Below, one piece after another: positions 30,856 through 38,914 of a stretch of DNA of 64,000 bases. Location of the stretch: contig JBEKIL010000003.1 in the NCBI GenBank assembly GCA_050011775.1, forward strand, positions 154,224 to 218,223. The letters are read 5' to 3'. A program made the translations under genes and the position numbers. The notes beneath the pieces are model-generated. The model worked only from the letters and a program-made list of their open reading frames with translations, had not been told where the DNA came from and ran no database searches. The DNA is from Bacteroidota bacterium (GTDB taxonomy: Bacteria > Bacteroidota > Ignavibacteria > UBA10030 > CAVZMI01). How positions within the stretch are numbered: the first letter of the stretch is position 1; each line of letters starts with the position of its first letter.

Positions 30856-32112
30856 TTAGTTCGACACGAAAGTCGTCGCACTCGATGAATCAAGAGTAAC
30901 GGTAAAACTACCGTTTGATAAAGTAATATCACTTCCCTGTACACAATTCTTACTACTTGATGTGACATAGGGCGTAAACGTCGTGACTGTCCCGTTCTGG
31001 ATCGTAAATGTTTGATCGATTGAAGATGAATTTCGGTTCAAAACGACGATAACCACCTTGGAGCCGTTTTTATATGCAGTTACATCAACATTTGTCTGAG
31101 GGCTGGCTGTGGCACTTACCCTATAGTATCCCGGACGAACGAATCTGGCGTATTGCGACATGACATAACCTCGTTTGGTTACATTTCCTTTAGTACCTCC
31201 TCTTTCACCATCATCGATCGGTCCGTAGAAGCGAACAATATACCACCAGATATACGCATTCATACTCGCATTCATACAATCATTAATTTGTTTGCCTGTG
31301 GCAAGAACATGAGACCAAGTAGTAATAGTATCAAGATATTCGGTCATCCATAAATCTTTCCCTTTGCTCATAGCTAGGGGATAACTCATTAGCCCTCCTC
31401 CGTACAGATGACCACCGACAATGGAAAGGTTCGCAGCGGCAACAGGATCATTCAATATCGCATCTGTAATGGTGTGGCTGAAATTCATTGACTCATCTGC
31501 GATGATATTGATTCCGATAGAGGGCACATTGTTCTTCACAAAGTTAACCATTTGTGTTGCATTCCAATAGCAGGACTCATAGGTGACCGTTACATCGGGT
31601 TCGTTTTGAACGGATACAGCATACAACAGAACACCGTTGCTCGACATATAATCGCCAAACGCTTTCAGATGCGCCGCATAGGCTGCATAAGAATCAGTCT
31701 TGAGTTCGCCTCCAACGATATTATTGTTGGTCTTCATCGAAGCAGGTGGAGTCCAGGGAGAAGCTATGATTGTCACTCCCTGAGCATGTGCTAACTGAGC
31801 AGTAGCAACCTGAATGGCGAACTGAGATGTGTCAGGCGGTACGCGCAGGCGAAGTATGGTGAAACCTAATTGTCCTGCTCCGGTACCAAAAGCCGTGTTG
31901 ATTTGATCAACAGTCATATCAGGACGCCAGGGAAGTATGTTCGCAGCACCAAAGCCCCTTATCACCTGGTGGGTATTAGCTAAATCAACGGAGGCAGTCC
32001 CCGATTCATCTGAAGGTCCGTTAATTGTGTCTTTCTTTGAACAACCTGCCGCCATCAAAGCAAATAATAGTATAAGGCTTAATAAATTGTTTCTTATCAT
32101 ATTAAGGCACAT
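30856..32112 (-). CDS. secreted glycoside hydrolase family 30 (glucuronoxylanase XynC-like)
   Basis: Signal peptide/lipobox (LMAAGCSK). GH30 TIM-barrel signatures (IRGFGAANI...FTILRLRV...YAVSVQNEPD...WMTEY) and C-terminal beta-sandwich. Confidence 0.78.
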   Translation of the reverse strand: MCLNMIRNNLLSLILLFALMAAGCSKKDTINGPSDESGTASVDLANTHQVIRGFGAANILPWRPDMTVDQINTAFGTGAGQLGFTILRLRVPPDTSQFAIQVATAQLAHAQGVTIIASPWTPPASMKTNNNIVGGELKTDSYAAYAAHLKAFGDYMSSNGVLLYAVSVQNEPDVTVTYESCYWNATQMVNFVKNNVPSIGINIIADESMNFSHTITDAILNDPVAAANLSIVGGHLYGGGLMSYPLAMSKGKDLWMTEYLDTITTWSHVLATGKQINDCMNASMNAYIWWYIVRFYGPIDDGERGGTKGNVTKRGYVMSQYARFVRPGYYRVSATASPQTNVDVTAYKNGSKVVIVVLNRNSSSIDQTFTIQNGTVTTFTPYVTSSSKNCVQGSDITLSNGSFTVTLDSSSATTFVSN

Positions 32113-32499
32113 GGCATTCCCCTTTCTTTTAATTTAATTTTTCAAAATACCTGGTCATCTTCTCTTTAGATAAATCTGGACTGCACCTATGCTCGTTATG
32201 CAAAATGTAAACATTTTCACCGTGCTTTTCAATTAGGCGTTCATTCCGTTAGCTTGTTGAACGTTTTATGTGGAATCACGTGTTATTTGTGGGGAGCGGC
32301 TGGCTAAGTGGCAAATATTTCATGTCCCTATATGACTTGTGCTTCTCCAGTCTGATCATTGACTCTTACTATAAAGCATCCGACGGCCACAGAATCTTCT
32401 ACACGGAAGTCTAACTACCGTAGAGGACAGAATCTCCTTGCCTTTGGATAAAGCAAGGAGATGATTTATCGAAACAACACAAACGTATTGTCTTAACTT

Positions 32500-33735
32500 T
32501 TAGTTCAACACGAAAGTCGTCACACTAGATGAATCAAGAGTAACGGTAAAACTACCGTTTGGTACGGCAATATCACTTCCCTGTGCACAATTCTTAGTAC
32601 TTGATGTGATATAGGGCGTAAACGTCATATATGGTGGCCCGTTCCAGATCGTAAATGTTTGATCGGTTGAAGATGAATTTCTGTTTAAAGCAACGATGAC
32701 CACCTTGGAGCCTTTTTTATATGCAGTGACATCGACATTTGTCTGAGGGCTGGCTGTAGCACTTACCCTATAGAATCCCGGACGAACGAATTTAGCATAT
32801 TGAGACATTACATAACCTCGTTTGGTGACGTTACTGTTGTCGTCGATCAGGCCGTAAAACCTTCTGATATACCACCAGACATAAGCGTTCATATCCGCAT
32901 TCATACAATCATTAATTTCTTTGGCTGTTCCGAGAACAGCAGTCCATGTTCTGGCAGTATCACAATGTTCGGTCATCCACACCTCTTTACCTTTGCTGAT
33001 GGCCAGAGGATAACTTGTGAGCCCTCCTCCGTAAATGTGTCCGCCGATGATGGATACGTTAGCGGCGGCGACAGGATCGTTGAGTATAGGGTCGGAAAAT
33101 GCATGATCGAAATTTCCCACTTCGGGTACGATGATTCTGGTGCCGATTGTCTGCACATTATTTTTGACAAACTTGAGCAATTGTGATGGGGTCCAAACGC
33201 AGGTTTCATATGTTGCCGAGTAATCTGGTTCGTTCTGAACCGATACGGCATATAAAGGAACGCCGTTGTTTGACATATAATCGGCGAAAGATTTTAAATG
33301 GGCCGCATAAGCGGCATAATAATTAGTATCGAGAGCGCCGCCTGCGATATTATTGTTTGTTTTCATTGAAGCCGGAGGTGTCCAGGGTGATGCAAATATT
33401 ATTGCTCCGAGCGATTTTGCCAGCAGTGCAGTGGGAACTTCCAGATTAAATTCCATCGAATCGTAAGAGACGCGAATGCGCAGTATGGTCAGACCAATTT
33501 GACCGGTCCCGGTGCCAAAAGCCTTCTGTACTTGATCAGAAGTCAAATCGGGAATCCACCCAGGCATGTTTACACCGCCAAAACCCCTGATAAGCTGTTG
33601 AGGGACGTTTAAATCAATAGTCGCTACGCCCGGTATTTCTGATGGTCCGGTGGGAGATGGGCAACAACCTGCCGCCATCAAAGTAAATACTAATATAAGG
33701 CTTAATAAATTGTTTCTTATCATATTAAGACACAT
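32500..33735 (-). CDS. secreted glycoside hydrolase family 30 (glucuronoxylanase XynC-like), paralog
   Basis: Same GH30 motifs as 30856..32112, ~75-80% aa identity by eye. Confidence 0.78.
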   Translation of the reverse strand: MCLNMIRNNLLSLILVFTLMAAGCCPSPTGPSEIPGVATIDLNVPQQLIRGFGGVNMPGWIPDLTSDQVQKAFGTGTGQIGLTILRIRVSYDSMEFNLEVPTALLAKSLGAIIFASPWTPPASMKTNNNIAGGALDTNYYAAYAAHLKSFADYMSNNGVPLYAVSVQNEPDYSATYETCVWTPSQLLKFVKNNVQTIGTRIIVPEVGNFDHAFSDPILNDPVAAANVSIIGGHIYGGGLTSYPLAISKGKEVWMTEHCDTARTWTAVLGTAKEINDCMNADMNAYVWWYIRRFYGLIDDNSNVTKRGYVMSQYAKFVRPGFYRVSATASPQTNVDVTAYKKGSKVVIVALNRNSSSTDQTFTIWNGPPYMTFTPYITSSTKNCAQGSDIAVPNGSFTVTLDSSSVTTFVLN

Positions 33736-33947
33736 GACTTTACCCTTTCATTTGATTTATTTTTTCAAAATACCTGATCATCTGCTCTTCGGATAAATTT
33801 GTAATACATCTGCATTCGCCATGTCAAATGTACACAATTACTGTGTGCTTTTCAACGTGGCGCTTATTTGGTTTAAACTTGTTGAACGTTTTGTGTGAAA
33901 TTACGTATTATTTGCGGGGAGCGGCGAGTTAGTCAGCTAACGAGCTT

Positions 33948-34409
33948 TTAGATTGCTATAACATGCCAACCACTTTTCTGAAGTTCTGCAAGCATCTCAC
34001 CGGTATACATAACAGTTATACCAAGCTGTGTAAGTCTGTCAGAGACACCATAAAGATCTGCACAAGCCTTACATGCATATAATTCAACACCTACTTGCTT
34101 AAGATCTTTTAATTTCTCTTGCAGCACGGTATCCTCGGCTAACAATTTTGACGATGGACCCCAAACAAGTAATCTAACATTGTCCATCCATGAATTCTTC
34201 TTGCAGTAATAGGCATACATAAACACCATTTTGAGAGCAACTTCTCGATCCCCACTTGTCCATAGAATTAATTGCTGTTGTTTGATCGTTGAAATTGCTT
34301 TTATTGAATCATTTCCTGAGGACGATTCCACTTTCATTAAATTCTGACAAAGAAGCAAACCGCCAAGTATGAGATTTGCTATGATGAAAAATATTGTAAA
34401 CCTTTTCAT
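33948..34409 (-). CDS. DsrE/DsrF-like family protein (secreted)
   Basis: Signal peptide. C-terminal ...LLVWGPSSKLLAEDTVLQEKLKDLKQVGVELYACKACADLYGV...ITVMYTGEMLAELQKSGWHVIAI resembles the DsrE/DsrF/TusD fold, with conserved Cys in ACKAC. Confidence 0.4.
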   Translation of the reverse strand: MKRFTIFFIIANLILGGLLLCQNLMKVESSSGNDSIKAISTIKQQQLILWTSGDREVALKMVFMYAYYCKKNSWMDNVRLLVWGPSSKLLAEDTVLQEKLKDLKQVGVELYACKACADLYGVSDRLTQLGITVMYTGEMLAELQKSGWHVIAI

Positions 34410-34474
34410 GTTGTTCCTTTCGTTTATTTATATAGTTGTTAGTGGATTAACGGATAACCGCTCCGCCTACGTAA

Positions 34475-34657
34475 ATAACACTCTGTCAGGCAGGTAATAA
34501 CATAAAATGTACCACTGCCAACGAGCTTGGACGTATTGTCTATGCTATGCTCAAAAACCACACTGAATATCAAGACCTTGGCGAACTCTACTACGAACAA
34601 CACTACTTCCACACACTCCTAATCATGAGTTAATTAGGAGGCGGCTATAATTCTTTA
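34475..34657 (+). mobile_element. remnant: ~53-codon C-terminal fragment resembling an IS110-family transposase, plus downstream palindrome
   Basis: Open frame ...ANELGRIVYAMLKNHTEYQDLGELYYEQHYFHTLLIMS* resembles the conserved C-terminal tail of IS110-family transposases (..ARKLARIIWAMLK..TEY..). Followed by CCTAAT-catgagtta-ATTAGG. A second, more degraded copy lies at 37855..37968. Confidence 0.3.
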
Positions 34658-35097
34658 AGAAACTCGTCTGGAGTCAGACCAAAATAGGATGCTTTTTCTA
34701 CAATTACTGTAAAAAATAATTCATCGTGTCCTCGACCATCAAATGTTGGACCATATTTAGCAAATAGTGCTTTGCCTTCTTCTGTCGGCTGATGTACCAT
34801 CTTAATTTGATATTCGTGTAACATTTCATGAACAAGTTCAGTTTGATGAATATACCAGCCAAGCTTGCTCATTGGATGACAATGACCTTGAATTTGGTTC
34901 TCAAAATCTTCAAGATTGCCATCGGCTATGAATATATATAGACAATCTTCGGAAGGGCGATAAAATGTAGTTGACATGCTAAACTCAATTTTAAGTGTGG
35001 CCTTCTTCAAATTGGCATCTGTGGGATACCAATCTTTCCAGAGACGATCATATTCACTTCTCAAAATTGATACAATTTCTGATTTAGTAATAGACAT
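34645..35097 (-). CDS. small HExxHxxQ zincin-like protein (DUF4157/SprT-like metallopeptidase motif), unknown function
   Basis: 150-aa ORF containing ELVHEMLHEYQ (HExxHxxQ). Low-GC cassette. Translationally coupled to the upstream gene (4-bp spacing after its stop). Confidence 0.55.
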   Translation of the reverse strand: MSITKSEIVSILRSEYDRLWKDWYPTDANLKKATLKIEFSMSTTFYRPSEDCLYIFIADGNLEDFENQIQGHCHPMSKLGWYIHQTELVHEMLHEYQIKMVHQPTEEGKALFAKYGPTFDGRGHDELFFTVIVEKASYFGLTPDEFLKEL

Positions 35098-35123
35098 ATT
35101 GATAGCCGCCTAAGGGACCGGAG

Positions 35124-35591
35124 TTAGACCGCACCGATCAACTTTGCCATTTGACTGCGAATTATACTCGATGTGAAGAATATATTGACGGAATAAATCT
35201 GGAACCTTCTAATTTCGTAGAGTATGATGTTTCCTTCTTTCGTATCCCAAATATATTTATTTGAAAACAACGGGTGTTCGCTGTATTTGCCAATCTCGCT
35301 GTTAACGAAGGCTAGAGTTGTCTGCAAAACCATCTTGGCGAGGGTCTTATTCCAGTCATCAAACTGTAAACTGATCTTATATATCTGTCCGTTAGTAGAT
35401 GCAATCATCGTTGAATCCCAGTGGGTGGCAGCAAATTGCACATTGATTCCGTTGAAAAACCTTTCGTTCTCTAAGACTCGTTTCATTCCAGCAAACTCAG
35501 CGGACAGATAATCCTCCTCTGAAAATTCCTTTAATCCTTCAGCCGTGTTGATTTGCTGCGTCAAATAATAGGGGCCAACCGTCAGTATCAT
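35124..35591 (-). CDS. hypothetical protein (155 aa), low-GC cassette
   Basis: Coding-like ORF with no recognisable motif. Its 3' end overlaps the repeated motif CCGCCTAAGGGACCGGAGTTAGACCGCA. Confidence 0.5.
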   Translation of the reverse strand: MILTVGPYYLTQQINTAEGLKEFSEEDYLSAEFAGMKRVLENERFFNGINVQFAATHWDSTMIASTNGQIYKISLQFDDWNKTLAKMVLQTTLAFVNSEIGKYSEHPLFSNKYIWDTKEGNIILYEIRRFQIYSVNIFFTSSIIRSQMAKLIGAV

Positions 35592-35837
35592 AAAATTGCT
35601 TCCGTCGAATGTGCGCCGTGCGGCCTACAGACGGTGATTAGACTGCTGCACTGAAAACTAGCAAATTGTACTATCCGTGCCAAGCCGATAAAATTGAGCC
35701 TCGTCGAAGACGGGTTCATTCGCTGTACTCTCAATTCTTAACTACACCTATACTCGTCATTAATTTACCGCTAAGATCATTGCATCATCTTGATGCGCTG
35801 GTTAGGGGCGGTGTATATTATACCAAAATTATTTTTT

Positions 35838-36029
35838 CTATTTGCTAGAATTTGAATCTCTATCTTGTAAAGATTCCAAAAGTTTGATTACTTCTTGAGT
35901 ACGATGGGCAGGATCATTGTTATTAGCTTTTTTCGAAATACCAAGAAGTCGTTCTGAGGCTTCATTGAGTACTTGCTCACGCCTCGAAGCTTGGCAATCT
36001 GAGTTACTGTTTTTTGGTTCGTTTTTCAT
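35838..36029 (-). CDS. small hydrophilic protein (63 aa from MKNEPKN...), uncertain
   Basis: Short ORF overlapping the 3' end of the 337-aa membrane protein gene. Charged, low complexity. Could be non-coding. Confidence 0.22.
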   Translation of the reverse strand: MKNEPKNSNSDCQASRREQVLNEASERLLGISKKANNNDPAHRTQEVIKLLESLQDRDSNSSK

Positions 36030-37017
36030 TTTTATTTCCTTGAATATTAAGGATATAAAGAACATAAATAAGTTGTGACATTATAAAGAGTTCGTCAATA
36101 CGAAGTTCAGTAAAAACACTTTCTTTACCTGTATAGTCAACAGTGATCGCACCGATATTTGGCACGTCGCTTTGGCTACATGGAACGGGTACTGCAATAA
36201 AGGATTTATACCTACTACTCTTTCGTTTCAAGTAAGGAGCATTGAATTTTTTATCCTTTGGATAAATAAGAGGCCGGCCAGTGAGGATTGCTTGGCCTAC
36301 GAAACTATTATTCACATCAAAACCGCGCATACTATGAGAAGTCCAATCTCTATTGTTTATAGCAATCATATATTCTAATCTATCACCTTTTTGTTCAAAG
36401 AATGCCATGCGAAATTGTTGAAGCTCAGGGCTATCACCAAATGAATACTGTAGAAGAAGCCTTCCAGCAGCATCAACGCTGTCCTTGAAATGTTGCACAC
36501 TATGCTGATGACATCGGATCTCGGATACTAAGGTCTTATGCATGAGACTTAGCACATTAATATGTTTTTCTAAATCTCGAATTCTATTTGCTGCTACCAA
36601 ATCAGGTTGTGCAGTTACATAACGATAAAGGCCGTTACCTAAGATTGTAAAGGCACGACGGGCGGCTTTGCCAAAGGCTTCTGGATCATTAATACGCTTA
36701 TTTCTTAGGAAGTTTGCTGTGAACACAATAATAGTACTTAAAAATAGAGATGAGATAAACACTATAAGAGCAATGTTAAGACCATACAATATTGGCGTAA
36801 AAAGTTTTGCTCCATCAAGAAACTGCTTAACTGCAGCAACCTTGTCACCAGTGAATGATGTAAGACTACCACTCACAGTTGTAATGATTCCACCAATGGT
36901 AAATTTAGATTTCCAATCGGAAAGGGCAAGTGTGAAGCCAAAAATTAAGCCGCATAAAATAGTTGCTACTGCAATTAGATGATTTGGATGAATTGCAGAT
37001 AGAATACTATTATCCAT
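36004..37017 (-). CDS. membrane protein: 3 predicted N-terminal TM helices + cytoplasmic GAF-like domain
   Basis: Hydrophobic segments LIAVATILCGLIFGFTLAL / IGGIITTVSGSL / ILYGLNIALIVFISSLFLSTIIVFTANFL. C-terminal ~170 aa with GAF-like pattern (FVGQAILTGRPLIYPKD ... KSFIAVPVPCSQSDVPNIGAITVDY ... ELFIMSQLI). AAAGGA RBS. Confidence 0.6.
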   Translation of the reverse strand: MDNSILSAIHPNHLIAVATILCGLIFGFTLALSDWKSKFTIGGIITTVSGSLTSFTGDKVAAVKQFLDGAKLFTPILYGLNIALIVFISSLFLSTIIVFTANFLRNKRINDPEAFGKAARRAFTILGNGLYRYVTAQPDLVAANRIRDLEKHINVLSLMHKTLVSEIRCHQHSVQHFKDSVDAAGRLLLQYSFGDSPELQQFRMAFFEQKGDRLEYMIAINNRDWTSHSMRGFDVNNSFVGQAILTGRPLIYPKDKKFNAPYLKRKSSRYKSFIAVPVPCSQSDVPNIGAITVDYTGKESVFTELRIDELFIMSQLIYVLYILNIQGNKNEKRTKKQ

Positions 37018-37043
37018 AACGTTTTATTCCTTTACCGCGCCGC

Positions 37044-37727
37044 CTAACGAACCGGAGTTAAGCTACGGCAACCTGCCTGTCTACCCCGACATGCTTTTAA
37101 TCGTGGAGCGGCGGATTGTTCAGTACTGCAAAGTGACCTAGATGTCTTCTCCAGTTTCTTGTTGATGGATTGGAGACAGGTCGTGATCTTCTTTTGCGCT
37201 GCATCTTGATGATCAATAACTTTATGATACATGTTTTGTCTCAACGCTGGATCCATAACTGCTTGAGGGAAGATTCTGACCTGAATGTATTTATCTAGAA
37301 TAAATTGGTAATTATTGATTGTTGTATACGTTGAGGAGAGAACGCCCAACAGATCGGGATCGTTTAGCCATTGCAACTCTCCGCCGTCAGAAAAAGCCTT
37401 CCAGGATTCTACCCGCACAAGGTATAGTTTGTTATCGAGACTATCACTGAACTGACCGATAGAATCATAATTTTCTTTTAATTCTGCTTGAAGAACTGTG
37501 AGTATCTTCCTTACTCTTTCGGCAGATTCTTTTTTCTTCTCCTTTTCGTTTCTGGATCGAACAATGCGATCTATCCAAAGGGCGATTGGCAGGCCGATTC
37601 CGATACCAACAATCGTTGCAAATAGATTTGCAAGAAAATTTGAATAGAAAGGCTGATCCAAAATGTGGGATTCCTTTGCGCTGCTTAATATAGTTATTAT
37701 CTGGCCACCATCCATTTCGTAACACAA
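37044..37727 (-). CDS. membrane-anchored protein (single TM + coiled-coil region), unknown function
   Basis: TM LFATIVGIGIGLPIALWI, then a Lys/Glu-rich helix and a ~150-aa soluble region. 3' end overlaps repeat motif CCGCCTAACGAACCGGAGTTAAGCTACGGCA. True start may be an internal Met. Confidence 0.5.
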   Translation of the reverse strand: MCYEMDGGQIITILSSAKESHILDQPFYSNFLANLFATIVGIGIGLPIALWIDRIVRSRNEKEKKKESAERVRKILTVLQAELKENYDSIGQFSDSLDNKLYLVRVESWKAFSDGGELQWLNDPDLLGVLSSTYTTINNYQFILDKYIQVRIFPQAVMDPALRQNMYHKVIDHQDAAQKKITTCLQSINKKLEKTSRSLCSTEQSAAPRLKACRGRQAGCRSLTPVR

Positions 37728-37854
37728 CTAGTGGCGGCCCATTCCCGCCCCTTTATCACTCTTCGTTTATACTAAAAGGGGAACTTTAGCTACAAATATA
37801 CAGCAGCTAAACCACCAGAGCAATAGCAGAAAATTGCAAAATCGGAGCTGCTTG

Positions 37855-37968
37855 AAAACGACCGGACTTTCAAACGACTCAAGCATAAAGCAGCTGATCT
37901 CGGGTTCCAACTTGTTCCTCTGGCAACTCCCACTCACTCCTACTCATGAGTTACCTAGGAGGAGGTTT
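37855..37968 (+). mobile_element. second, degraded copy of the IS110-like C-terminal fragment plus TAACTCATGAGTTA palindrome
   Basis: ...TFKRLKHKAADLGFQLVPLATPTHSYS* aligns with copy 1 (...DLGELYYEQHYFHTLLIMS*). Downstream is the perfect 14-bp palindrome TAACTCATGAGTTA and CCTAGGAGGAGG. Confidence 0.25.
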
Positions 37969-38448
37969 TTACGGTTTATATTTGTCGACGAGAGAATCTT
38001 TAAACGCAACAAGCGAATCTAATCCCATAGGCCAACAAGATTTATCACATCGGTAAACACCGGCAATATTCAATGTGTCAGTAATATTATCTTCTTTGAT
38101 AACAATTATCAGGGCTTGCGCACCTACACACAAAGAGGATCCAGTGGGATCGGGTGCTCCGACCAACTTATTATTATTGATGAGTGAAATCATATGATTA
38201 TATTCTTGACTTTGTATCTTGGCAGACCAAGAACTTATCGTAACGCCATTTTGAGATGATACAAAGATTATGTCTTCCTGATCCACAGTAACTAAAGTTG
38301 ATACAGGTTGAGGAACAACAGCACCTTTGTCAAGAAAACTAACGTATGAGGTTGATTTAACCGGCTCAGTAGGCTCAGACTTTTTGCAGCTTCCTAAAAC
38401 AACAACCAAAGATAAAAAGATTGTAATTGAAAATATTCTGTTATACAT
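37969..38448 (-). CDS. lipoprotein, unknown function
   Basis: Signal peptide + lipobox (LVVVLGSC). 159 aa, no motif. Confidence 0.55.
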   Translation of the reverse strand: MYNRIFSITIFLSLVVVLGSCKKSEPTEPVKSTSYVSFLDKGAVVPQPVSTLVTVDQEDIIFVSSQNGVTISSWSAKIQSQEYNHMISLINNNKLVGAPDPTGSSLCVGAQALIIVIKEDNITDTLNIAGVYRCDKSCWPMGLDSLVAFKDSLVDKYKP

Positions 38449-38914
38449 ACAAAACTCCTTACTTACTGGAGTAAAAACCGCCTAACCTATGATTAGGTCG
38501 ACTCAGTCGACCTTAGATTCTGAAATACTGTGGAGTATTTAACGCTCCATTCTTAAAAAGCCGATGCGTTTTCCGGATGAACCTGGAGGAAAAAGTATAA
38601 CGCTTTTATCGGCAAGTTTACCGTATGATAACAATTATTAACGAAATGTCAAATATCCTTTGCCGATAAAATAAAAATCCTCTGGGACTCTTTGAGTCAT
38701 ATGGGTCAATACCTTTAAATAATATATCCGGTTGAAGAAAAATGAATGCAGAATGAATGGCCACGACCTTCAGGTCGTGGATTTTCAAATCTAAAAAGTC
38801 TCGGCGGGCTTTAGCCCTATATCAATTTAATGTGGGGTTAAAACCCCTCATTTTTCTCCTCTTATTTCCCACGAGCTAAAGCTCGTGGCAATAGAGTTTT
38901 TCAGACGTCTCGAA

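Larger units (their letters stand above)
30768..33922. repeat. tandem duplication (~1.6 kb x2, ~80% identical) carrying two GH30 paralogs with their 5' and 3' flanks
   Basis: Units 30768-32301 and 32410-33922 align throughout, including the 3' hairpin CTCCTTGCctttggataaaGCAAGGAG and the ~200 bp upstream regions. Confidence 0.8.
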
